A stretch of 64,000 nucleotides of DNA, taken from positions 8,309 to 72,308 of the forward strand of contig VMGA01000002.1 in NCBI GenBank assembly GCA_007376345.1, read 5' to 3'. This document shows positions 18,715-27,551 of the stretch, one piece after another. Origin of the DNA: Microgenomates group bacterium Gr01-1014_16. Its GTDB lineage: Bacteria > Patescibacteriota > Microgenomatia > CAZETR01 > Amesbacteraceae. Position 1 is the first letter of the stretch; every line of letters begins with the position of its first letter. The translations under genes were made by a program, and so were the position numbers. The notes beneath the pieces were generated by a model. That model searched no databases, had not been told where the DNA came from, and was given only the letters and a program-made list of their open reading frames with translations.

Positions 18715-18744
18715 CATCACTTAACCATGGTATATTAGAAAGGT

Positions 18745-20421
18745 ATGGTCCTGCCCGATGAACAGCTGGCCGATTTGGTGATCAAAGCCAATCTTGCCGA
18801 CGCCAAAAAATTGGTCGAAGCCTACACCTACGTCAAGCACTCCAATGTTTCTTTGGAAGACGCCCTTCTGGAGCTTAAAATTACGACTGACGACCAGCTC
18901 GGCCAGGCAGTGGCCGCCCATCTCAAACTCCCCTTTGTCAGCCTCTCCAAAGTTTCCATCCCCGAGGAGGTCTTCGATCTTATCCCGCCTGTTGTCGCCC
19001 GCAAACAAAAAGCCGTTGCCTTCGCCCGGGATGCTACTGGCGTCAAAGTCGCCCTGGCCAATCCACAAAACGCCCAATTAATTGATCTTTTGGCCAAAAA
19101 GACTGGTCAAAAAGTCATTGTCCACTACGCTACATTCCGGGATATCCAAAACACCCTGCATCTCTTCAAAAAAGACTTGCAGGTCGAAGTGGACAATTTA
19201 CTCAAAGAAGATATAGGCCGGCCTACCGGCACGGATGACCCACCCGTTGCCAAAATTGTTGATTTATTAATTGACACTGCCTACGAAGAAAAAGCCTCCG
19301 ATATCCATATCGAACCCCAGGAAGCCACTTCTTCCATCCGCTTCCGTATCGACGGCATGCTCCAGGACGTTCTGTCCATCTCCAAGTTTTTGCACGAGCG
19401 CGTCATCACCCGTATCAAAGTCCTGTCAAACTTGCGGACAGACGAACATTTAGCCGCCCAGGACGGTAAAATGCGCGTCCCCTTAGAGGAAGAAAATCTG
19501 GATATTCGCGTTTCTATTCTTCCCATTGTCGACGGTGAGAAATCGGTCCTGCGGCTGCTATCTTCCCGTTCCCGCCAGTACACCCTGCAAAACTTGGGCA
19601 TGAACGACAAGGATCTGCAAAAAGTCTACAACGCCTATTCCAAGTCCTACGGCATGATCTTGTCTACTGGTCCCACCGGCTCCGGCAAAACTACTTCCAT
19701 TTATTCCATACTAAAGATCCTAAATACCCGCGAGAAAAATATTACTACCGTCGAAGACCCCGTCGAATACCGCATCCAGGGCGCCAACCAAATTCAGGTC
19801 AACCCCAAAACAAATCTCACCTTTGCATCCGGCCTGCGGAGTATTCTCCGCCAGGACCCCAATATAATTTTTGTGGGCGAAATCCGCGATTTCGAAACCG
19901 CCGGAATTGCCGTCAACGCTGCTCTGACCGGCCATTTGGTCGTGTCCACACTGCATACCAATGATGCGGCTACAGCAATTCCTAGGCTTACGGACATGAA
20001 AGTCGAACCGTTTTTGGTCGCTTCCACAGTCACGGTTGTCGTCGCCCAGCGTTTGGTCCGCCGCACCTGCCCCTCGTGCAAAATAGAGATGGCGCTTACC
20101 TTCGAAGAACTGGCCAAAAATTTCCCCTCCGACGTACTTAAAAGAAACGACATCAAAAAATCCGTTACCGTCTTCAAAGGCAAGGGCTGCAAAATCTGCC
20201 GCAATTCCGGCTACGCCGGCCGCGTTGGCCTGTTTGAAGTTCTGGAAATTACCCCCCAAATCCGCAAGCTGATTACCGCCAAAAGCGACGCCGACGTCAT
20301 AGCCAAAGCCGCTATCACAGAAGGCATGAAAACCATGCTCGATGACGGCATAGCCAAGATCCTTTCCGGGGAAACCACCGTTGAAGAAGTTCTTCGTGTT
20401 ACTAAGGCGGAATTTTTGTAA
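18745..20421 (+). CDS. pilB: Type IV pilus assembly ATPase PilB (GspE family)
   Basis: An N-terminal GSPII_E_N-like domain, Walker A GPTGSGKTTS, Asp and His boxes and a C-terminal CxxC...CxxC zinc motif (CPSCK...CKICRNSG). Confidence 0.9.
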   Translation: MVLPDEQLADLVIKANLADAKKLVEAYTYVKHSNVSLEDALLELKITTDDQLGQAVAAHLKLPFVSLSKVSIPEEVFDLIPPVVARKQKAVAFARDATGVKVALANPQNAQLIDLLAKKTGQKVIVHYATFRDIQNTLHLFKKDLQVEVDNLLKEDIGRPTGTDDPPVAKIVDLLIDTAYEEKASDIHIEPQEATSSIRFRIDGMLQDVLSISKFLHERVITRIKVLSNLRTDEHLAAQDGKMRVPLEEENLDIRVSILPIVDGEKSVLRLLSSRSRQYTLQNLGMNDKDLQKVYNAYSKSYGMILSTGPTGSGKTTSIYSILKILNTREKNITTVEDPVEYRIQGANQIQVNPKTNLTFASGLRSILRQDPNIIFVGEIRDFETAGIAVNAALTGHLVVSTLHTNDAATAIPRLTDMKVEPFLVASTVTVVVAQRLVRRTCPSCKIEMALTFEELAKNFPSDVLKRNDIKKSVTVFKGKGCKICRNSGYAGRVGLFEVLEITPQIRKLITAKSDADVIAKAAITEGMKTMLDDGIAKILSGETTVEEVLRVTKAEFL

Positions 20422-20422
20422 C

Positions 20423-21472
20423 ATGAACTCCCGTGTTTCCCTTTCCGCTTCCGAAAAGATCGGCCTTTTGTCCAATTTATCTACCATGCTTTCGGCCGGT
20501 ATCCCGCTTTTGGAAGCTATCAACTCTTCCCTGGAAGACACCAAAGGGCCCACCAAAAAGGTTCTCGAAACCCTCAAAGCCGACCTCATGCAGGGAAAAT
20601 CCCTTTATGACTCTTTCGGTCAATTCCCCCGTGTATTCGACAAAGTTACCCTCAATTTGATCAAAGCCGCCGAAGAAGCCGGAACCCTGGAAACCACACT
20701 ACGCGACCTGCGCGAACACATCCAAAAAGAAACGGAGTTTATCGACAAAATCAAATTTGCCATGATTTATCCCATGCTTATTCTTTGTCTTTTTGCCGGT
20801 GTCTTATTAGTCATTCTTGTGGTTGTCATCCCCAAAATCTCCACGGTTTTTTCCAGACTCAAAGTTACCCTGCCCCTGCCCACCAGAATATTAATTTTTG
20901 CCTCCGATATTCTTCTCAAGCAAACCTGGTACTTTTTGGGCGGGGCGTTCGCCGTCATGGTAATACTATTCATTTTTTTCAAAACCAACCGCCGTCTGGT
21001 TTTAGAAGTCCTTTACCGTCTCCCGCTCATTTCCCACCTCATAAAACAAATCGATTTGACCCGCTTTTCCCGGAATATGTTTCTCCTGCTTTCCTCCGGG
21101 CTGCCGATTGTCACCGCCCTGGAACTTTCCCAGGAAGTTGTCTTGCGCGCCAAAACCGCCAAAATCATCACTCTTTCCAAAAACATGATCAGTTCAGGCA
21201 AAAAGTTGTCCGAGGGCTTGCGGACCGGCAAGGGTTATATTCCTTCTCTTATGATCAAGCTTATCGAGTCCGGTGAAAAAAGCGGCTCGCTGGATAAATC
21301 CATGGGCGAAATTGCCAACTATCTGGATTACCAGGTTTCCAATTCCCTAAAAACTATTACCGCGGTCATGGAACCGGTTCTTCTTGTCGTCGTCGGGATA
21401 TCTGTCGGAGCCATGATGATTTCCATAATTTCACCCATTTACGGCCTGATCGGTCAAGTAGGTAACCGATGA
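20423..21472 (+). CDS. pilC: Type IV pilus inner-membrane platform protein PilC (GspF family)
   Basis: Two T2SSF-like repeats (LSTMLSAGIPLLEAI...; LLSSGLPIVTALEL...). The start ATG is 2 nt after the pilB stop. Confidence 0.85.
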   Translation: MNSRVSLSASEKIGLLSNLSTMLSAGIPLLEAINSSLEDTKGPTKKVLETLKADLMQGKSLYDSFGQFPRVFDKVTLNLIKAAEEAGTLETTLRDLREHIQKETEFIDKIKFAMIYPMLILCLFAGVLLVILVVVIPKISTVFSRLKVTLPLPTRILIFASDILLKQTWYFLGGAFAVMVILFIFFKTNRRLVLEVLYRLPLISHLIKQIDLTRFSRNMFLLLSSGLPIVTALELSQEVVLRAKTAKIITLSKNMISSGKKLSEGLRTGKGYIPSLMIKLIESGEKSGSLDKSMGEIANYLDYQVSNSLKTITAVMEPVLLVVVGISVGAMMISIISPIYGLIGQVGNR

Positions 21473-21933
21473 AACCACGCCGCGGATTTACTTTACCCGA
21501 ACTTATTATCGTCATGGGCATACTGGCGGTTTTGTTTGGTTTAGTCAGCCTTGGCCTCTTGGGCGGCCAACACCAGCTTTCCGTCGCCTCTTCCCTCTCC
21601 CAACTGGTTGCGGACGTCAAACTCCAGCAATCCAAAGCTATGTGGGGCGATACCGAAGGACGCGACTCCGCGGATAGTTACGGGGTTTATTTAAACTCAA
21701 ATCAATATATTCTTTTCCACGGTTCGGCTTATTCCGCCGGCAATCCTGACAACGTCGTGATCGATCTGGATTCCGGCGTCACTCTCTCACCTACCCAATC
21801 GTTCATCTTTGCCAAAGGCAGCGGTGAAATCATCGGCTACGACGCCAATACGGATACTATTACCATTTCATCTCCCTCCGACTCCAAAACCATCGAATTT
21901 AATCAATATGGAGTTATTGTTCGAAATGATTAA
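21469..21933 (+). CDS. Prepilin-type (class III signal) pseudopilin / minor pilin
   Basis: The N-terminus MKPRRG|FTLPELIIVMGILAV is a prepilin cleavage and methylation motif. It has an ATGA overlap with pilC. Confidence 0.7.
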   Translation: MKPRRGFTLPELIIVMGILAVLFGLVSLGLLGGQHQLSVASSLSQLVADVKLQQSKAMWGDTEGRDSADSYGVYLNSNQYILFHGSAYSAGNPDNVVIDLDSGVTLSPTQSFIFAKGSGEIIGYDANTDTITISSPSDSKTIEFNQYGVIVRND

Positions 21934-21951
21934 AAAAAATTCCTTATTGCA

Positions 21952-21976
21952 CCCCTCTCCTAGACTAGGAGAGGGG
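21952..21976 (+). promoter_or_regulatory. Perfect 10-bp-stem hairpin CCCCTCTCCT-agact-AGGAGAGGGG, whose 3' arm is an SD-like AGGAGA, upstream of a pilin-like gene
   Basis: Read directly from the sequence. An in-frame GTG at 21983, within GGGTGAGGT, lies 7 nt after the hairpin. Confidence 0.6.
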
Positions 21977-21982
21977 ACGGGG

Positions 21983-23926
21983 GTGAGGTATTGGGAAAAG
22001 ATGGGGTTGCATAGGGGCCAATCCCTGGTCGAAATCATCCTGGCCATGGGCCTGGCCGCCGTTCTCCTCCCGGCACTTTTGACCGGCCTGGTTACGACCC
22101 GCGAAGGCAAAGCCCAACAAAACCAAAGATTGGAAGCATCTGCCTATCTCAAAGAAGCCCAGGAGGCCGTCCGCTCCGTTCGGGAAAAAGGCTGGGCCAA
22201 CGTCGTCCCTACCGGTACTTACCATCCCGTCCTCTCCGGTTCCTCCTGGTCTCTGGCGGCCGGGACCGATTCTCCGGGCGGGTTTACCCGTTCGCTGGTC
22301 GTCTCCGATGTTTTCCGTGACGCTGCGGGAAATATTGTCTCCTCCGGCGGCAGTCCCGACCCCTCCACCCGCCAGGTAACCACAACCGTCAGTTGGGACA
22401 CCCCTACTGCCTCCTCCGTCACTTCCGCTTTTTATCTCACTCGTTATTTGGACAATTTGACTCACGTTGAAACACTCCAATCTGAATTTGACGCCGGTAC
22501 CAAAACCGGAACCTCTACTTCCAACTCCTCCGGTGGAGAAGTGCTTTTGGGTGCTGGCGGATATGGCAACTGGTGCGAACCCAACCTCAACCTTTCTTCT
22601 CTCGACTTACCTAAAAACGGTGTGGCCAATGCCATTTCGGCAATCGTTGGCCGGGCCTTTGCCGGCACCGGTGAAAACGCTTCCGGTGTCTCTTTTGCCA
22701 ACGTCCAAATTACCAATGCAGACCCTCCCGTTCCTTCGGTTTTGGGGACTTATAACGGCTTCAAAACCAACGGCATTTTCGGCGAAACCGATTACGCTTA
22801 TTTGGCCACCGACAATAACTCCAAAGAAGTCGAAATAATTAATCTCACCACCAACCCCTACTCCGAAGCCGGCTGGTTCAACACTACCATCCTCGGTTTT
22901 CCCGTTAACGCCGATGCCACTGCCGTCTACGTATCCGGCAATCGCGGCTACGTCACCGCCGGCTCCTGGCTCTATGTCTTTGACTTATCCAGCAAATCCG
23001 GTTCCCGCCCTCCGGTAGGTTTCCCCCACCTGTTAGTTGGTACTGGGACCAGCATCGTTGTTTCCGGCAACTACGCCTTCGTCTCCGTCTCCGGTTCCCC
23101 CATCGAAATGCAAATTATCGATGTTTCTAATCCCTGGAGTATTTTCCAGGCCGGCTACGCCGATGTCAACGGCCAGGACGGCAAGCACGTTTTTATCAAC
23201 TCCACCGCCACCAGGGCGTATCTTGTCACCAACGCCTCCGCCTCCCTGGCCGAGTTTTTTATTATTAATACTTCTTCCAAATCCGGCTCCCGCCCCACAA
23301 TTTCTAGCTACGACGCCAACGGCATGAACCCCAAAGACCTGGCGGTAGTCACCGGAAATAAAGCCATCATAGTTGGCTCCGGGGCAGAGGAGTACCAGGT
23401 CATAGATATTGCCGATGAAACACAACCTGTTCGCTGCGGCGGCCTGAATCTGGACACCGGTGTAAATGGGATAGCCTCCGTTTTGGAGCCCGACGGGGAC
23501 GCTTTCTCTTATATTATTACCGGGGATGCCTCTTCCGAGTTCAAGATCATCGAGGGCGGTCCGGGTGGCCAATATTCCACTTCCGGCACTTTCGAGTCAG
23601 CCACTTTTCCTGACGTCGGTTACTCGACCGCTTTTAATTACATGTCTTATACCGCAACCGTTCCGGCCAATACTACTCTCCAGTTGCAAGTCGCCGGCGC
23701 CGACCAAGTTTCCGGCAGTTGTCCCTCTTCCGGTTACGTCTTCCTGGGCCCCGATGGGACCAGTAATAAATTCTTCTCTGCTACCGGCGGTCCGATACCC
23801 CTTAACGACGACGGCACCGGCTACGAAAATCCCGCCCGCTGCCTCCGCTACAAAGCCTATCTATCCACTACCGATACCTTCGCCAGCCCCGTATTAAATG
23901 ATGTAACAGTCAATTATTCACCGTGA
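21983..23926 (+). CDS. Large pilin-like protein with a prepilin N-terminal domain (about 640 aa)
   Basis: Translation from GTG 21983 gives (M)RYWEKMGLHRG|QSLVEIILAMGLAAVLL, and the ATG alternative is at 22001. A class III signal peptide is followed by a long Ser/Thr/Gly-rich beta-rich body. The track ORF from 21809 overlaps the preceding gene. Confidence 0.55.
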   Translation: MRYWEKMGLHRGQSLVEIILAMGLAAVLLPALLTGLVTTREGKAQQNQRLEASAYLKEAQEAVRSVREKGWANVVPTGTYHPVLSGSSWSLAAGTDSPGGFTRSLVVSDVFRDAAGNIVSSGGSPDPSTRQVTTTVSWDTPTASSVTSAFYLTRYLDNLTHVETLQSEFDAGTKTGTSTSNSSGGEVLLGAGGYGNWCEPNLNLSSLDLPKNGVANAISAIVGRAFAGTGENASGVSFANVQITNADPPVPSVLGTYNGFKTNGIFGETDYAYLATDNNSKEVEIINLTTNPYSEAGWFNTTILGFPVNADATAVYVSGNRGYVTAGSWLYVFDLSSKSGSRPPVGFPHLLVGTGTSIVVSGNYAFVSVSGSPIEMQIIDVSNPWSIFQAGYADVNGQDGKHVFINSTATRAYLVTNASASLAEFFIINTSSKSGSRPTISSYDANGMNPKDLAVVTGNKAIIVGSGAEEYQVIDIADETQPVRCGGLNLDTGVNGIASVLEPDGDAFSYIITGDASSEFKIIEGGPGGQYSTSGTFESATFPDVGYSTAFNYMSYTATVPANTTLQLQVAGADQVSGSCPSSGYVFLGPDGTSNKFFSATGGPIPLNDDGTGYENPARCLRYKAYLSTTDTFASPVLNDVTVNYSP

Positions 23927-23946
23927 AAATAAATATTTTCCATTTC

Positions 23947-23969
23947 CCCTCTCCTGAATCAGGAGAGGG
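23947..23969 (+). promoter_or_regulatory. Second copy of the hairpin CCCTCTCCT-gaatc-AGGAGAGGG upstream of the next pilin-like gene
   Basis: A 9-bp stem. An in-frame GTG at 23977, within the same GGGTGAGGT context, lies 7 nt after the stem. Same architecture as 21952-21985. Confidence 0.6.
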
Positions 23970-23976
23970 ATCAAGG

Positions 23977-24456
23977 GTGAGGTTCAGGGCGGGTGAGGTA
24001 TGTCGTGGTTTTACATTAATCGAAATCCTCATCTACATGGGTCTTATGGCCGCTTTGATCACCGTTTTGACCAACGTCTTTGTCACAGTTTTGGAAACCC
24101 AGCTCGAATCCTCCTCCGTTTCGGTCGTGGAAATCGACGGCCGCTACGTTTTATCCCGACTGATCTATGACATTCACCGAGCTACCAGTATTACTACCCC
24201 TGCTGTAGCCGGCCAGACTTCGCCCGGTCTGACTTTAAACATTGGCGGCCCCAATCACACTTACACGGTTACCGACGGAGTTCTGTATTTGGACGGTTCT
24301 TCCCGTCTGACAAGTATTGATACTTCCGTTTCCAACCTGTCGTTTACCCGCGTCGGCAACAGCACAGACAACGATACCCTGCGAATTTCCTTTACCTTAA
24401 CTAGCCTCGCCCAATCACAAAATTATAATTCCACCGTTAGTCTGCGTACCAATTAA
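23977..24456 (+). CDS. Prepilin-type minor pilin / pseudopilin
   Basis: From GTG 23977 the N-terminus reads (M)RFRAGEVCRG|FTLIEILIYMGLMAALI. No in-frame ATG precedes the prepilin motif. Confidence 0.55.
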   Translation: MRFRAGEVCRGFTLIEILIYMGLMAALITVLTNVFVTVLETQLESSSVSVVEIDGRYVLSRLIYDIHRATSITTPAVAGQTSPGLTLNIGGPNHTYTVTDGVLYLDGSSRLTSIDTSVSNLSFTRVGNSTDNDTLRISFTLTSLAQSQNYNSTVSLRTN

Positions 24457-24457
24457 T

Positions 24458-24826
24458 ATGAAACCCGGTCAAACATTAATTTTTTTACTCGTCTTCATAA
24501 CCATGGCCATTACTGTTACCACGGCTGCCACCTTGATCATTATTAGTAACTCCCAGGCCGCTTCCAAATTGGAGCAGAGCCTTACGGCCTACGCCGTGGC
24601 CGAAAGCGGGGCCGAAAACGCCCTGCTTCGTTTACTGCGCGACCCCGCCTACGCCGGAGAAACATTGACAATAGGCGGGGGCATTGCCACAATTAGTGCG
24701 ACGGGGAGTAATCCCAAAGTTATTTTGTCCAAAGGGGCTTATAGAAATTTTCTGCGCCAGGTCCAGGTCACAGCCAATTACGTCAGCGGAATTCTTACAG
24801 TGACCTCCTGGCAGGAAGTCTTTTGA
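24458..24826 (+). CDS. PilX-like minor pilin / pilus assembly protein
   Basis: An N-terminal TM segment followed by SQAASKLEQSLTAYAVAESGAENALL, which is the PilX_N-like pattern. Confidence 0.4.
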   Translation: MKPGQTLIFLLVFITMAITVTTAATLIIISNSQAASKLEQSLTAYAVAESGAENALLRLLRDPAYAGETLTIGGGIATISATGSNPKVILSKGAYRNFLRQVQVTANYVSGILTVTSWQEVF

Positions 24827-24827
24827 T

Positions 24828-25850
24828 ATGACCGCCCATCCTTTTATTGCCACTCTCTATCGGAATCGGATAGCCCTCTGTTCGCCGACAATCGCCCAGC
24901 CTCTGGAACTCAAATTCTCCGATGCTTCTATCAAGGATTTAGAGATAGTCAACCAATCGGAGTTGGAAAACCAGGTCAAGGCTTTCGGGTCCGCCCGCCA
25001 GCTTCACCCCGGGGAACTGATTTTTGTTCTCACCGCCAATGTGGTTTTTGAAAAAGACCTCTCCAAAATTCCCAGATCTGACCGTTCGGCCCAAATCCAG
25101 GCCTTTCTCGACTCCATTCCCTTGTCCAGTATCAGTCACAAAATATTCCGCGTCCAAAACGCCGAAAAGCTCATCGTCCTCAACCGTAATCTTCACGATG
25201 GTCTGAAAAAAGCCTTCGAAGCCGTTGGCTTTTCCGTCTCCGCCGTAATTCCCGGAGTCATGCTGGGGGATATCGGCGTCCAGGAATCAACCACCGCCGA
25301 ATCCTGTCGCGTTATTTCCAAAAAGATCGATTTTATCCGGGCCAATAGTTTCCTGTCCGACGAGGGAAATTTTCACCAGAAAGAAACCAAGTTCCTCAAA
25401 AAATATCAGCTGGCAGTCGTAGTGTTCTTTATCCTGGCTGTTGCCGGCGCCGTCCTCGCCGCCGTTTTTACTCTCCGTCCGGCGCCCCGGTCTAAACCCA
25501 CCCCCACCCTCACTCCCAAACCCACAACCCACAACTCACAACCCACCCCGCTTCCCACTGCTCCGGCCGAAGCCTCGCCCTCTGCCCTGACAGTCCAAAT
25601 TCTCAACTCCTCCGGCACTCCCGGTTTAGCCTCCAAAATCCAAAAACAGCTTACACCATTAGGTTACACCAATATTATCGTGGGCAACTCAACCGTTTTG
25701 TCATCACCATCTTCTGTTCTTTTTTCCTCCCGGGTTTCGCCTGCCCTACGCCAGTCTCTCCTCCAACTGCTTCAGATTTCCTCCGCCCGGGATAACCCCG
25801 CGCCCCAATTCGACATCATAATTACTCTCGGCAAGCAATCTACCCCTTGA
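24828..25850 (+). CDS. Membrane protein with a C-terminal LytR_C (LytR/CpsA/Psr C-terminal) domain, in the pilus operon
   Basis: A central TM segment (LAVVVFFILAVAGAVLAAVF), a Pro/Thr linker and a C-terminal VQILNSSGTPGLASKIQKQLTPLGYTNIIVGNS that is LytR_C-like. It has an ATGA-type overlap with the upstream gene. Confidence 0.4.
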   Translation: MTAHPFIATLYRNRIALCSPTIAQPLELKFSDASIKDLEIVNQSELENQVKAFGSARQLHPGELIFVLTANVVFEKDLSKIPRSDRSAQIQAFLDSIPLSSISHKIFRVQNAEKLIVLNRNLHDGLKKAFEAVGFSVSAVIPGVMLGDIGVQESTTAESCRVISKKIDFIRANSFLSDEGNFHQKETKFLKKYQLAVVVFFILAVAGAVLAAVFTLRPAPRSKPTPTLTPKPTTHNSQPTPLPTAPAEASPSALTVQILNSSGTPGLASKIQKQLTPLGYTNIIVGNSTVLSSPSSVLFSSRVSPALRQSLLQLLQISSARDNPAPQFDIIITLGKQSTP

Positions 25851-25876
25851 CAAATATTTTACCAAGTGGGCACAAT
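25847..25876 (+). promoter_or_regulatory. Candidate promoter of the major pilin gene
   Basis: TTGACA (25847-25852), an 18-nt spacer, CACAAT (25871-25876), then 10 nt to ATG 25887. Confidence 0.35.
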
Positions 25877-25886
25877 AGATACAGAC

Positions 25887-26360
25887 ATGAGAAAAGCCTT
25901 CACGCTAATTGAACTTCTGGTCGTCATCGGAGTCCTTGCTGTTTTACTCGCCATCACTCTTATTGCCATCAACCCCGCCCGCCAATTTTCCCAATCCAAT
26001 GACACCAAACGTTCCAGCGACGTCAACGCCATCTTAAACGCCGTCCACCAGTATGCTGCGGACAATAAAGGTACTCTCCCGGCTGGCATTACAACAACAG
26101 GAAAACTTATTCGACTTAGCAACCCCGCGGATCCGGCTACGGATGCTAATATCTGCGCCGCACTTGTTCCCACCTACTTAGCCGCTCTTCCGGTCGATCC
26201 TCTTACCAATAATGGAACCCCGATTACGGATTGCACGGGCGGAGTACCGCTTACCTACACCACCAATTACACCATTGTCGCTAGTGCCACAAACAACAGA
26301 ATAACAGTCACCGCCACGGCCACCGAAGTCGCGACAACAGATATCTCCGTCACCCGCTAA
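25887..26360 (+). CDS. Type IV pilin (major pilin candidate)
   Basis: MRKA|FTLIELLVVIGVLAVLLAI is a class III signal with Ala at -1, followed by a 140-aa Thr-rich body. The track ORF starts at an upstream GTG (25866). Confidence 0.6.
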   Translation: MRKAFTLIELLVVIGVLAVLLAITLIAINPARQFSQSNDTKRSSDVNAILNAVHQYAADNKGTLPAGITTTGKLIRLSNPADPATDANICAALVPTYLAALPVDPLTNNGTPITDCTGGVPLTYTTNYTIVASATNNRITVTATATEVATTDISVTR

Positions 26361-26405
26361 ATTGCTTCTTGCTAAAGTCCAAAAACTTCTCTACATTTGT
26401 GATTG

Positions 26406-27068
26406 ATGCGCCTGGGTACTTCGCTTCTCCTTGTCATATCCGGAGTAGTAATTAGCGTTTTCATTCTACATCTGACTTTTTCTTCTTACACCCGTTCCCA
26501 GATCCCCGCAGGATGCACATCCATAACCGACTCCGGCGAATTTGATCCCACCCAAACCGTGGCCTTCTGGCAAAACCAGCTCGTTGACCCTCCGTCGAAT
26601 TTATATGCTTCTCTGACCGACACCGACCAACGTGTCCTGGGCCAGTCGACAGCCGGAAAATGGATCGAGATCGATCTTTCCGAGCAAAAAATGACCGCCC
26701 GCGACGGCGACTCGGTTTTTCTGGAAAGCCCCATCAGCTCCGGTCTGTGGAACAAGACTCCAAAAGGAGAGTACCGTATCTGGTACAAAATCCGCTCCAC
26801 CAAAATGGAGGGCGGCATTCCGGGCACCAAATCATATTATTTTCTTCCCAATGTCCCCTACGCCATGTTTTTCAATGGCGATTACGGTATCCATGGTACA
26901 TATTGGCATTCCAATTTCGGCCAACCCATGAGCCACGGCTGCGTCAACTCTCCCACCCCAATTGCCGAAAAACTTTTCTACTGGACCGATCCCCAGTTGC
27001 CCGCGGGCAAAAAAATAGTTAGGGCAACTAGTGACAACCCTGGTACACTAGTAGTAGTTCATGAATAA
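26406..27068 (+). CDS. L,D-transpeptidase (YkuD domain)
   Basis: DYGIHGTYWHSNFGQPMSHGCVN contains the catalytic His and the SHGC(V/I) Cys motif. An N-terminal TM anchor is present. Confidence 0.8.
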   Translation: MRLGTSLLLVISGVVISVFILHLTFSSYTRSQIPAGCTSITDSGEFDPTQTVAFWQNQLVDPPSNLYASLTDTDQRVLGQSTAGKWIEIDLSEQKMTARDGDSVFLESPISSGLWNKTPKGEYRIWYKIRSTKMEGGIPGTKSYYFLPNVPYAMFFNGDYGIHGTYWHSNFGQPMSHGCVNSPTPIAEKLFYWTDPQLPAGKKIVRATSDNPGTLVVVHE

Positions 27069-27507
27069 TCTATTCCTCGACTCGGGCAATTATTTACTGA
27101 TTATTATGTATACGGCTCTTACAGTCTCCTGGTGGAAAAAACGCCGTGAGGCTCTGGTTCACGCTCTTTTGTCTTCCCTTCTTGCCTGGATCATAGCCGG
27201 TTTTATCAAAGATATTTTTCCCACTCCCCGTCCTTTTATTGAAAATGGCCTCATGCCCTTTGGCCGCATCGGCTTGGATAATGGCAGCTTTCCCTCGGCT
27301 CATGCGTCGGCCGCCTTTGCCTTCGGTGTTTCCGCATTTATGCACGACGGCCCAATTGGCATAGCTATGTTAATCGGCAGTTTCTTAATCGGCTTGGCCC
27401 GGGTTGTGGGCAACGTCCATTACCCCATCGACATAATAGGCGGCGCCGTCGTAGGCACACTGGTTGCTTATTTTGTTTTTCGCTCGCATCCGCGATTCCG
27501 TTCTTGA
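27061..27507 (+). CDS. PAP2 family phosphatase (undecaprenyl-diphosphatase / PgpB-like)
   Basis: KDIFPTPRP (KxxxxxxRP), PSAH (PSGH-like) and ARVVGNVHYPIDI (SRxxxxxHxxxD). Confidence 0.8.
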   Translation: MNNLFLDSGNYLLIIMYTALTVSWWKKRREALVHALLSSLLAWIIAGFIKDIFPTPRPFIENGLMPFGRIGLDNGSFPSAHASAAFAFGVSAFMHDGPIGIAMLIGSFLIGLARVVGNVHYPIDIIGGAVVGTLVAYFVFRSHPRFRS

Positions 27508-27551
27508 CATCTTGTCACTCCCAATGATAGAGTGATAAAGCAAAAAAGATT

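Noticed and set aside
18721-19610. Antisense ORFs of 89-118 aa within pilB
   Set aside because: They are entirely contained in the high-confidence pilB frame on the opposite strand.
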